Shown piece after piece: positions 36,301-48,800 of a DNA stretch of 64,000 nucleotides. Position numbers and translations under genes: made by a program. Source of the stretch: Mantamonas sphyraenae STR306 (taxonomy: Eukaryota; Protista; CRuMs); assembly GCA_026936335.1 (NCBI GenBank), contig JAPMXV010000020.1, positions 124,001 to 188,000 on the forward strand, written 5' to 3'. How positions within the stretch are numbered: position 1 is the stretch's first letter; each line of letters begins with the position of its first letter. The notes below the pieces were generated by a model. That model was not told the origin of the DNA. It saw only the letters and a list, made by a program, of their open reading frames with translations, and made no database searches.

Positions 36301-38025
36301 AAGTGCGACTCCGAGTCGTCCTCCTCCAAGAAATCGTCCGGGTACTCCTCATCCTCTTCGTCCTCCTCTTCGTCCACCTCCTGGATCTCCAGCGCTTCGC
36401 CGTGTCCAGAAATGGTGTTGTGAGCATGGCTGTGCTCGTGATCAGTCCCTGAGCCCAGACGCGACGAGGACGACGACGACGCCTGGCTGTGTGCGTCTGA
36501 ATCCGTGCCGCTGCTTGCGCTGTCACCCGTGTGTGCGTCAAACTGCAGTTCCTCGTCGTAGTTGCGCAGGGCCACGTCTTGCTCTCCTTGCACGCCCTGT
36601 TCGCGCGCGTATGCTTCGTCCAAGTCTTCCATGTTGGTTTTCACGTTGAAGCTGATGCGTCCAACGTCCACCGTCGACGCAAACGAAGACGGGTTGTGTT
36701 TGTCCAAATCTTCCAGTGTCATATCTTTTGAGGTGCGGCTCTGCTGTAGCTGCATGCGCTCCACCCACTTCTCGTACGACGGCTGCTCCGGCACGTCGAG
36801 ATACGTCAGCGGCTTGTCGCCCCACACCTTGTGACAACACAGGTGTTGCCAGCTGATGCGCGACCATGGATCCTTTTGCAACAATGACAGCACAAGGTCC
36901 TGAAAGGCGTCCGACACATTCTCCATGGCCGGCACGGGCTGGTTGATGATCGAGTTGAGCAGATCTTTCAGACTACTTGAATAGTACGGCAGCCTGCCCT
37001 GGGACATTTGGTACAAAAGCACGCCCAGCGACCACAGATCGGACTGGAAGCTGGGGATGCTGTCGTCTGCAAACAGCTCGGGTGCCATGTAGCTCGGTGT
37101 GCCGCGCTTGCCCATTTTCTGCGTGTGGTGGTGAGCGCGTCAGCGTGTGCACAAGGATGGGGTATGGATCACAGCGCACAACCACACGCGTGGAACGTCG
37201 TTTTCACATGCTTGTGTCCTCTGAACCTGTCGTCACGGGACAGGCGAAAACTCACAAGCTTGGGATTCCACCCGTCCTCCTGAATGTCCTCCACTCGCTG
37301 CGCCAGGCCGAAATCACCCAGTTTGAGCATGCCAAAGTCGTCGTCCAGGATATTGGACGGCTTCAGGTCACAATAAACAATTCCCTGTGTGTGGAGGTGT
37401 CTGTGGAAGAGGGCAGCGACTCGCTGTGTCAGAGAGGGCGCCACGCACGGTTCATACACGGCTGTACGGCCCCTGCATGGCATCGGCACAGCGCAGAACG
37501 CCGCCACAGGAAGCACCATGCACACAAACACCTCCGGGTGTGGCTAGGCGGTGTCGTGTGCAACGGTGCGGCGTGCGTGCGCGTGGCAACGATCGGCTGT
37601 GAAAAGTGGGCGGTGGAAACAACAGCCAAGCAGAGACACTCTTGTCCCCGCCCCGCCAGGCAGAGGGCCACAGTCACAAGGACAGGCAACACGTACTGGA
37701 GGCCAGCAAGCAGATCCCGGGCGGCAACAAGCACCGCGTCTTCGGGCCACACGCGGTCCGTGTCTAGGATGTCTTGGAAGGAACGACCGGTGCAGTACTC
37801 CAGAATGATCCACAGGTGGTTGCGCGTCTCGTACCAGCCGTAGAAGCGCATGATGTTTGGGTGTTGCATGGAGTGCAGTATGCGCACCTCATTTAGGATC
37901 TTGGGTTTGCGTGACTTGTCCACGCTCTTGATGGCGTAGAACTCGATGTTCTTCTTTTCCCGGCCTTTGTACACCACCGAGTACTGGCCGCGGCCAATCT
38001 CAGAGTAGATCCGATAGTTCTCCAT
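33390..38025 (-). CDS. ULK4: ULK4/RUNKEL kinase with C-terminal HEAT/ARM repeats; exons 37697-38025, 37256-37400, 33390-37118 (1400 aa)
   Basis: MENYRIYSEIGRGQYSVVYKGREKKNIEFYAIK, WYETRNHLWIILEYCTG, YCDLKPSNIL, KRGTPSYMAPELF, VKPIILNKRIEK, ATLGELLFYVAT and VVQHYAAKTVDNI are ULK4 signatures. Confidence 0.93.
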
Positions 38026-38128
38026 CACGGTTCGGCACTCTCGTGTCTCGGCAGCGTCGTAGCGGGGTTGTATGGTCTGGGTGGGTCGGGGCGCCGCGCC
38101 AGGCGACACAGCCAAGTCCAGCAACCCC

Positions 38129-39121
38129 ATGTCGCGCCACGACCTCATGCGTGTCGACGAGCTCGCAGGCAAGGATGAATGGACGGCGTTTGCTCACAGT
38201 GGGCTCAGTGCCTCGTTGCTCAAGGGGCTGGCCAGTGGCGACCGATACGCCATTCGAAAAGGCCGCACGGACGTCTTTCGACAGACCAAGCACGCTCTGT
38301 GGACGGGCTCCTACCTACTTGAAGACTCAGGGGAGACAGTGCAGCTGGACACGCAACGATTGGCTGAAGCTGTGTGCAGCAACGAGCAGTTTGACGGCAG
38401 CGAGTTCCAAGATGGCCCCGGTGATGCTGCTGGACAGTTCCAGACGGTGATTGAGGTGTTAAACATGGACTGCATTGACGCAGCAAAGATGATGCTGGAC
38501 GACGGGGCCGAACAGGTGACCGTGTTGAACATGGCGAGTGCTGTGAATCCTTGCGGAGGGGTTCAGGGCGGTGCTGGCGCCCAAGAGGAGAATTTGAGCA
38601 GGAGGACCTCGTTGCTGTTTCATTTGGCAGATCCCACGGGCTTGGATGCCAAACGAAGTTGGCAGTACCCGATCCCAGAGTACGGAGGCCTTTGGTCTCC
38701 AGACGTGCTGGTCATGCGCGGGAACGAAGCCAGTGGCTACCCGTTCCTGGAAAGCCCCTTTCCCATCAACATCATCAGCGTGGCGGCGTATGCACGGCCG
38801 TTTGTGATCAAGAACAGGCTGGAGCAAGACGCAGAGGACGGCACGCGAGCCAAACTGCGCACCCTGCTGGGCATTGCGGCCTCCAAGAAGCAGACGCATC
38901 TTGTGCTCAGTGCCCTAGGTTGTGGAGCGTATCGCAATCCGCCGGAGCACATTGCGCTTCTCTTTCAGGAGGCGTTGGCCGAGTTTGACGGGGCTTTCGA
39001 ACGCGTGGTCTTTGCCATCATCGAAGACCACAACTCCAAGCACAGGAAAAATGGGAATGTCAAACCGTTTGTTGATGTGTTTGGTTTGGCGTCAGATGAG
39101 GGTGAGGGAGAGGAGGATTGA
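38129..39121 (+). CDS. TIGR02452/DUF2263 family bacterial-type poly(ADP-ribose) glycohydrolase (macrodomain)
   Basis: VLNMASAVNPCGGVQGGAGAQEENLSRRTSL (GG-x-QEE signature), SPDVLVMR and LVLSALGCGAYRNPP. Intronless. Confidence 0.88.
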   Translation: MSRHDLMRVDELAGKDEWTAFAHSGLSASLLKGLASGDRYAIRKGRTDVFRQTKHALWTGSYLLEDSGETVQLDTQRLAEAVCSNEQFDGSEFQDGPGDAAGQFQTVIEVLNMDCIDAAKMMLDDGAEQVTVLNMASAVNPCGGVQGGAGAQEENLSRRTSLLFHLADPTGLDAKRSWQYPIPEYGGLWSPDVLVMRGNEASGYPFLESPFPINIISVAAYARPFVIKNRLEQDAEDGTRAKLRTLLGIAASKKQTHLVLSALGCGAYRNPPEHIALLFQEALAEFDGAFERVVFAIIEDHNSKHRKNGNVKPFVDVFGLASDEGEGEED

Positions 39122-39137
39122 CGTCGACTGTGCAGCG

Positions 39138-39742
39138 TCATTGGAGCGAGTCCAGCTCTTGTTGCAGCGCCTGCTCCTTCGCCTGGTAGTCCAGGGCTTG
39201 GTGTGCCAGCTGGACGGAGTGTACACATACACAGACCATTACCATATGCATTGTGTAGCCGTGCGCCGATTCGATGTTAGTGTGTGCATGAGGCCGTGTT
39301 TTTGCGAGAAATGGATGAAATGGGTGCGAAAATCCGTTGAGACAAATTTGGCGCGCAGGGTCCTGGCGCTTTCATGCATGCGTGTGTCCAACATGCGGTC
39401 GGAAGCACACGGAGGAAGCGTGCCTCTACAACATACCAGGTCACATGCCAGCTCATACTTGACTTGAAAGGCACGGGCGAGGCCAGCTTGCCTCTCGACT
39501 TCTTCTTCCAGCTGCTGGATGCGTGCCTGCATGTCTGCGTTGTCCTCGCCACCGCTGCGCTGCTTCCCCTTGCGCTGATTATTGGCAGACGCCGTTGTGT
39601 TGCCAGCCGATCCGTCGCTGACCCATTGGCCGTGTTGGAACGTCAGCGTGTGTCCGCCGAGCTGCATGGTGATGGGATCCTCCACGGAGTTGATGTCCAC
39701 GTCCATGTTGGCCTTGGAGGACGATTTTCGCAGGAACGACAT
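39138..39742 (-). CDS. CBY1: Chibby family protein; exons 39437-39742, 39138-39209 (125 aa)
   Basis: PITMQLGGHTLTFQHGQWVSD (cf. PTMNLAGQSLKFENGQWIAE) followed by the coiled coil RIQQLEEE...KYELACDL|LAHQALD. GTATGT...CCAG intron. Confidence 0.82.
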
Positions 39743-39823
39743 CGTGTGTTGGGTTCTCTTCAATTGCCCCGGACTGCGCGCTGCCGTCAACACGAACTCG
39801 CCACTTTTTCCGGCTGCGGCCCA

Positions 39824-42800
39824 ATGCCTTTCCCAGTCGCCCTTCCGGCGGTGGACAGCAGTGGCGTCTTTGCCTTGGGCGACCTGGTGGTCCGTGAAGC
39901 GGCACACCTGTTTAATTTCCCAGTCACATCGCTGAACACGTCGGAGGAGATCACGCTGCAGCTTGCGGCCGACAACCCAGCGGTGCTGGCCTTCCAGCTG
40001 GACAACCCTAACCTGGGTGTGGATGAACACCAGCAACATAACCATTTGTTCAATGTGGCCAATCACGTCGACAGCGTCACGTTACAGCCGGGGGAAACGT
40101 GCAATCTGGTCCTGGTGTTGGTCCTCGACGGTTCTCAGCCCGTCTCCCGTCCCGCCAGCACTGACGTATCTCCTCGTGCGGCCAGTCCTTCCGAGGGTCA
40201 ATTCCACTCCAGCTCGCACGCGTCTCCGTATGCTGCTTCGTCGGCACAGGCACAGTCGGGCTTGCACCTGCAGCTGCACAAGGTGTCGGCATTGCGCACA
40301 CGCGACGTGCGCTCCAGTTCCGCCGACTCCATCGGCTCAAGCCTCTATGACGACGATGACAACGCAGCCATGGACATTCAATTGGACTCACCGCGCACCG
40401 AACTCCCTGGACGATCCAACAGCACAGGTGGCAAATCCCCTCCCGGTCGCTGGTCGCCTTTTGTCGTGCACATCATCATGCAACAGGGCGTGGAGGTGGT
40501 CACTGTGCCCTGTGTAGGCAACATGTGCGTGTCCACCTTTGAGGTGGACACACCCCTCCTCTGGTTTGAGGACTGCCTGCTGGGCAACCGCTACGAACGA
40601 CCTCTCAATGTGCACAACACCAGCCAAGCTCCGCTTCGGCTGCGTATCACCAGTGTGCCTCCCAACGCGTCCCAAAGGGCACCTGTCCTTGCGTACTACA
40701 ACCAAGAACCTGTGCAAGTGCTTACAGTCGAGGGAATGGGCTACGCCAAGCTCAGCATGGTTTTCCAGCCCGTGGCCATCAGCCGTGGCAAGCAGGTGGC
40801 CACCATCCATCTGGAGAACCTCAACAACAATGATTCGGACATGGTTGTGCCCGTGCATGGCTACGTGAGCGCAGACGACTCCCGTTCCCCGGTTACTCTC
40901 GAGTACGGCGCCACCACAGAGTTTGGCACTGTGTACGCAAACTGTTGGGCCTGCAAGCCGATTGTGTTTCGAAATACCTCTCTCACCACCCAGTTGGTCG
41001 AGTTTTCTCTCGAATTGGCACAGCAGATCGTGTTCACCGTTCCCGACGCACGGACGCAACAGACCAACGACGCTGCCACGGGATCCTCGGCTTCCACCGC
41101 ACTGTCAATGGCGGGAATGGAGCTTGGTGACAGTCTCGTGGGCGAGACAGACACAGCCAGCTTGTTGGACAGCAGCGAACCCAACGCACGCGACACAGTC
41201 AGCGAAATCGTCCTTGGCCCTGCAAGCATGCGCAAGCTTCTTCTGTGGTTCCGGCCACAACCCGACGCACGTCGTCCTTTGCGCTTCAATCTCAGCTCCT
41301 TCCGCGTCTACTTCAAATCTACGCCACAGCAGCGTCCAGGCGAAGCCGACAACATCCAAACCATGGCCCCGTACCTCAAACCCTCCGGAAACAGCGCCGG
41401 TGACTCGTCGTCCATGAACGACAACAGCATCAGCGCGTCCACAAGCACTGATGACGACGACAACATCGTGGCCGATGACTTGGACGACGATGCGGCAGCG
41501 CAGGACGACCACGCAGACAAACAAAGCGATCGCGATAGCGACGACGACGACGACGGCGAGCACGACGGCGATAGCACCAAAGAGACCGTGGGTGCAAAGA
41601 CAGCCTCAGCGTCTGCTAAAGAGAGCCGAATTTCCGACGACGACGATAGCGATCGGGAAGACGACCGAATGGAAACCGAAGGGAGCCTGGGCAGCGCCAG
41701 CAGCACGCGCACGGTGCGTCTGAGCGAACAGCAGCAGGTTGCGTTGAACGAGACACGAAACGCAGCTCCCGTGTCACCCGCTGGCAAGAAAAAGACGCTG
41801 TCGAGGGCGACGTCGTCTACAGCCATGCACGAATATGCTTCGGGCAGCAACACGGGCGACCGAGACGAAGTGGGCGAGGTTTGGGCATCCATCAAGTGCA
41901 CGGCGCGCGTGTGTTTGTCTGTCGTCAAGCTGGTCACACAGGAGCTGGACTTTGGCGACTGCGTCGTGGGCCAGCGCAGCTCCACATCCACACAGATCCA
42001 TAACCTGAGTTCGCTCCCAGCACACTTGTCGCTGCTGCTCGAGAGCAACCAACTGAGCATCGAACCACGCTCGTTTGTCATTCCGCCGCGGAGCGTGCAC
42101 GAGATGACCGTCGACTTTCTTCCCACCGAGAGTACACTCAAGTATCGCAACCAAGTGACTGTGGTCAACAGATGCAATCGCAGCAACGACTTGTCGCTGC
42201 AGGTTAGTGCCGCCAATCACGACCTGCACCGCATGGCGTTCCACTCGCTGTTCTACAAAATCACAGATGTGACAAAGGCGTCGCTTGGCAGCCTGAGTTT
42301 CGGCAATGTGCTTGCCAACTCGCTCCACCTGCAGATCATACACATCAAAAATATCACGCGAAGCGAGCTCGTGCTCAGTCTGGACACCAACGCACCGTCG
42401 CAGCTGACGATCATGCAGCGTGCCGAGGCCACGGTTGCCGAGCGCAACGACGACGACGAGCGTGGCCAAAACCGCGAAGGAGGCAACACACAACGGCTGA
42501 TGGATATGTTGGACGAAAAACTCACTGTACAGAGCATGTCGTCGTCGTCGTCAAGCAGCACGCCGTTTTATCTGCTGGACGACCAGAGCGAGGTCCAGTT
42601 TGTGCACCAGGAAGCCAAGAGCAGGCGTGAGGCCCTGGCAGCCATACAGTCGCGGCTAATCGAGCCCGTGAAGCACCTGCGTCTGGAGCCGCGCGCACGT
42701 GCCGTGCTGTACGTCGTGTTCACGCCCGAACATCCAGAAGACGCAGCAGACAATGACGAGACAGCCACGGAGGACACGGCGAGCACCAGTGGAGGGGACG

Positions 42801-45800
42801 GAGACGGGAGCGCAGACACAAGCAGTGACCAGGAACAGGACGACGAGACCGCCGACGAGGATCAGGAAGGCGTGACAGAATTAGTCGAGGGCGCATGGGC
42901 GCTCGACGCACCAGGGCCCAGGCAGGGCAAGAGCACACAACGGGGGGACGTGCAGAGTGCAACGAGTGGCACTCGTGCCGCAGGCACAGGGATGGTGCGA
43001 TCACGCAGTCACTTTAACCTTTCCAATCGCGGGGTGCTGCAGGGGGTGTCGTACTCGATCCTCATCCAATTGGAGGACTTTGACAGGACGTATGCAACGT
43101 CGTCTGCATTTTGGCAGGAGGAGAACCTGGATGTGGTGCGCAGTCTCCCTGTGGAGGCGCAGGTGTGTTCTGCAAACACGACACTCACGCAGGCCAACAT
43201 CAATTTTGGCACTGTACAGACGCGGGAGTCGCGCACACGCATTCTGGTCATCCACAACGGCGCTGACATGCCGCTGCACTACAGCATCAACAAGAGCGGC
43301 AGCATGAGTTCGTCCGACATCCTTTTCCTGAACAACCGCGTGAGCATCGTGCCGCCGCACGACACGAAGGAAGTGCACTTTGTGTTTTGCCCCACGCTGG
43401 CTGGCAGGTTCGAGGAAACACTGACGGTGCAGAATCTGCATGACGAAAGCGACCGCCACGAGGTGCGAGTCAAGGCCAACGTGGTCAGTCGTTCGCGCTT
43501 TTTCCTGCAGGATCTGTACGCGGATCTGGGCACGTCGCTGATGTCTGGCAGTGCGCATTTGTCGGGCGAAGGTGTGTTGCAGCTGTCCAACACGAGCAAA
43601 CAGACGCGCACGTACGACATCAGCCTGGTGCACCCGATGGCCAAGACTGTGTTTGGCGTCGAGGCGCGCTTTGTCCTCCGCAGAGACAATGCACAGTACC
43701 AGGACATGGCGAAAGTGGACCAACAAATCGAAGAGCTGGAGCGCAAGATGCAAAAGTATGTGATCAAGAAGAAGTTGCACAAGCTGGAGGACACGCGCAA
43801 GAAGCTGCAATCCCTGTATGAAATCAAGTCTGGCCAATCCGAGGTGCTGGGCCGTGATGTAAACTGGGACGCTGTGTTTGCAATGAGCTCGCCTACGGCG
43901 TCGTCGCTCGCGCTGGCATCACGCATCCCAAACGATCAAGAATTCAGCAGTGTCTTCAGCAACCGGCTGTGTTTCTCGCTGTTGCCGAACAGCACGCAAA
44001 CCATCCTGGTGCGACTTGTGGCGCATGCACGTGTGCATATTGACGACAGCATGGCCATCGATGCACTTGCGTTGCCGCACGTGGCTGTGCTGCGTGTGCA
44101 GGAGGCCAAGAACAACGACGTTGTCAAGAACGTGGGCCTGCTGACTACGGTGTGTTTAACGCCTGAAACGCACGAATACACGCGCAAGAGCCTGATGCGC
44201 ATGCGTGGCATCCATGCAGTGGGCGACGACCCGAGTACCATGCAGCAGCAGTTGCTGTGGAACGCAGCGGAATGCCATGTTGAAATCGAACGCACGCTGG
44301 CCAACGGGGCCAAGGGATCGATCGACGAGGCAGCACGCATGGCGTCGCGGCAAGTTGCACGCATGCTACACACGATCCTACGCACACATCCAAACCGAGC
44401 TCAGGCTGGCTCGGCGTCATCTTCGACGGCGGGCAGCACAGGGTCCATGGCAGGCAAGCGCAACCACAGCCATTCGTCGCTGCACGATCTGGCTCGCATT
44501 GACGAAGACAGTGAAAGCGACACGCACACGGACCTGGAGCTGGAAAACGAGCTGTTTGGAGGTGTCGACAGGCGGTACAGGTGGCATGACGAAGAGGGAA
44601 ACACGCCGGGACGACCTGACAGCTCGCTTTCGTCTGTGAGCGGGTCTTCGGAAAGTGATTCAACGTGGCAGGGCTCGGTGGGCGTGTCTAGGAGCGACAG
44701 CCTGGAGGACCTGCTGCGTGCGTACGAGCTGGACGAACATGTGCTTGTGGATGCGTCGTCGGAAATGGGCTGGACAGAGACTGGTGGCGACGCCGCATCG
44801 GGTGAGTATGTGCGCGAAACCACGCCCGTCAAGAAACAGCGTGGGGATGGCATGATGATGCATGGTGAAGGGAGCGAAAGCAGTCAGAGCGGAGTGTTGA
44901 GCGAGGACAGCACGAAAGAGGAGCAGGCTGCGTCTGCAGAGAAGCTGCTGATTGTATGTGGAGAGGGCGTGGTGGACCTGGGCGACGTGGATGTGTTTGG
45001 ACAGCATGCGCCTGCACAAGTGCTCGTGGAGAATGTTGGCGACGTGCGTGTGCCATTCACAGTGGCAGTTCCAGAGGAGTTTGCACACGCAATGACGGTG
45101 CGCCCCGAGAGCGGCAGTATTGGTCCCGTGGACAGTGTGACGCTGCAGGTGCACTTCCACGAATGGGAGGTGGGACGCAAGCATGCGCACTTTGTAGTGC
45201 GGCAGGCTGACCGGCCTGAAGATCCAGGAAGCGAAATGCGTGTGGAAGTCACTGCAAACATGGTGTCGCAACAGCTGGTGGAAGTGGTGTACGTGGATGG
45301 ACCCAACGGCGAACAGGAGGTTGGGCTGGAGCAGGACGAGGACAGCGCAGGAAACATGGTGGTGAGAGGCAGCGAAGTGGACCTGGGCCTGTTTTATCTG
45401 CGTCAAAAGAGTGTATTGTCTGAAGGAAAACGCATGCTCATCCGCAACGTGTGCGAACAGGCCGTGTGGGTGACGGTGAGCAGCAACATGGGACGCCAGA
45501 TTGCCTTTGCCGACGGCAGGTCGACTGCGTCCAGCCTTCCACTGGTGTTGGGAGTGCAAGAGAGCGTGGAGGTGAGCGTACACCTCGATGGTCAGTATGC
45601 CTTCCATGGAGCGCAGGAGGACCACGTGCGTGAGATTGTTGCTGGTGTGAGGCTGCGCGTGGATCTGGACTCGGGCGACGAGCACGTACGCGACTACGTC
45701 GTGCCTGTGCGCGCTCTCGTGGGCATCAGCACAGTGGAGGTTGAACAGAGCACTGTGTTTCTGGGTCTTCACCGGTTGGAAGAAGACGCAAGCGTCCCTC

Positions 45801-48800
45801 TGCGTTTGCCAGTCACTGTGCGCGTGCGCAACTTGAACACGCGCATGCCAGCCATCGTGTCTGTGCACACGGCATGTGACAACGTCCAGCTGCGTGACAA
45901 CTACGAAGGAACGAGTGTGGACGGGGCGGGAGAGCTTGAAGTCGACCTGTGGCTCGAGGCTGGGCGCTCGCTGGGACTTGTATGGGGTTCTGTGGTTGTG
46001 TGCAATACGCTCGAAGGCGTCCATGGCAAGGAGTACGCTGTTGTGATGTATGCGTACGTGAGCAGTCCATTGGATTGTGGGCTGAGCATTATGCCGTCGC
46101 GGCTGCACCAGAGTGACGTCGGCCACACGATGCCCGGCCGACGAGTACCGCACGTGGACATGGAGCGGGCGCACATGGATTACCACAGCGTGTATGTGAG
46201 TGGGGACGACACCATGATGGGCGGGTATGTGCGTCCGGTGTACCTGCAGCTGCGCAACACCAAAGACCATGCCATCACGCTACACGCTCTGTCGGACATG
46301 CCGGTGAGTGTGCAGATGGTGCGCTCAAACGCCATCGCGCCGCTGCTGCGTGAGAAACGTCGCTCATCGGACACAGAGATCCTTCGCCATCGCGTGCCCT
46401 TTCCGACGCTTGACGTAGCAGGCGCATCTGCGTCGTCGTCGGCTGTGTCGGCAGGGTGTGCGCCGGTGGACCTTGCGTCTACAGATGTGCGTGAGCTGAT
46501 GCCGTGCTCCACGTTGTTCACCTTGAAGCCAGGCCAGGCCATCGAGCTGGAGGTGCACGCACCCGCAGCCACGCCGGGGGACATGGAGAAGCGGCAATGG
46601 AAGAGACTGCGACGTGGGATGTGCATGCGCTTCTCTGCCATCCTGATGTTGGTGGTGAACAAAGAGCAGCCAGACAGCGAGATCGAGGAAGTCGCAGGCG
46701 ACGGCGACGGCGACAAGGGCAAGGACCGTGCAGAGGACGACGCGCAAGGGACCAACCTGCAACTGTTGCCTGGTGTTGACTCGGTGTGTCACTGCTTCTC
46801 CGTGTCAGGCGTGTTCTGCCACACCATGGGAGAACTGAAAGAACGCACGGTCAACCTCGGGTACGTGGGCTCCCTCAACGACTGGGACAAGGTTTACTTT
46901 GACACAGAGGTGGTCAATTTGTCAAACAACCCGCTGTACATTTCGTGGCCGATGCAGGACGCCGAGTTTCCTGTCAAGGCTGTGGAGCCTGCGCTGGACA
47001 ACGACGTTGCGTCGGTGCCATCCAACGGCTCGCAACGACTGTCGTTTGCACTGGACCCGACGCTTGCAGTGTCGATTCCGCGTCGTGCCGTGGCTCATCA
47101 ACAGCGTATGCCGCTGGAGATCAGCTTTGTGGTGAACTTGGTCAACGTGCACAACCCTGCCAACCAGATGTCGTTGAACGTGCGCGCCACAGTGTTGTTC
47201 TCCCCCCTGTTTTACCACAACCAAAGCATGTGGTTTACGTTCCTGCGGGGACAGTTTACGTTTCTGCGTGTGGACTGGAAGGACTTTCAGATGCGCACGG
47301 TGGGTACGCAGGTGCCACGCGCCGTGCGCCTGTCGTCTGTGATGCTGCCTGTGTTGAACCACCCAGGCAGTGTGGCGTTGCAATCGGTGACCACACAACC
47401 GCTGGCTGCGAGCTCACGCAGCCCGCTTGTGTCGCTGTCGTCGCGACGCAGCCCTGAAACGACGATGCGACGCAACGACCGCAGCGGGGTGTCGGAGTAT
47501 GTGATGAAGGTGGCCAACCGCATCCAACAGCCTGTGATGATGCAGTTTTCGTTGGAGCTGACCGAAACGGTTGTCCCGTACATCGACCTGGACGTGCTGT
47601 TCAACAACGAGCCAACGCACGAGGTGTTGCTCGAAGGAGGTGACAGCATCGATGCGCTGCTGTCTGCAGCTGCGCGAGACGACAAGAAACTGAGCGAGGC
47701 CACTCTGTTGGAGATGTACTTCCACAGCGAAGAGTTTGCACGCGCATCTGGCTGCGAACGCCCGACGAAGGATTCCATTGTGATTGGCCATCTGCTGGTG
47801 ACCACAATGGCAGGTGAGATGATCGATCGTGAGGACGGGGACGACTCGGCTGCGTCTCTGGTGGCATATCAAAACAGCGATGGTCAAGCAACGTCCATGA
47901 TGGCGTTGGGTGACGGCGGAAACAGCGGCAGCAACAGCGGCAACACACGTGACGGCGTATCAGAAGACAGATACCGCATCCATGCTGTGTACCAGGACGT
48001 CGTTGCTATCTGGATGCGTCTGCGTCTGCGTCCTTCGGTGACAATTGCCGACCGTGTGATCCAGATGATGCCCACCAAGAATCCGGGCGTGTTCTCTGGC
48101 TTTCTGCTTGTGCAAAACCGTTCACCCATGCTACCACTCAAGTGGCGAGCTGTGATTGTGCCCACACCTGAAGGGGATTGGCTGGCTCTGTCGCAGGAGG
48201 AAGACACCATTTGCTATCCGAGCGTGGACCAGCGCATCAGCGTGCTGCTGGATATCAACAAGATCCCGCAGCACGTGGAGTTGGGCCAAACCACGTACTA
48301 CGTGCACGTGGTAGACACCGAACAGCCTACAGTACACACGTCGCGACGCCGAATCGGCTTTTCCAAACACAGCCAAGAGGTGGCCAAGGCCAGGCGACGC
48401 TCGCAATTGGAACTGCAGTTGCACGTGGACAGGGACAACACAAGCAGCTCGGCAGACAGCAGCTCTTCGGTGAGTCGCAGCACAAGTGCACATGAGGATC
48501 TGGATAGGCTGGGAACGTCGGGACCACACGGAGAGCTGCTGAACGAGGAGGAGGTGCTGAGGAGTTTGCAGCAGAAAGTGACGGCAGCAACACCGCGCAA
48601 GGAAAAGGCAGATGCCCTGGCGAATCCGGAAATGGCCACGCTGAGGCTGGAAGGGTGTTCGGAGGTGGCAGGCTCACACATGCGGTACGAATTGGACATG
48701 GGTGTGCACACGATGCAGAAGCGTACCGTGACTGCGCAGCTGTGGATCGTCAACGACATGTCATTCACACAACACTTTACGCTGCGGTCTGTAAAGCCTG

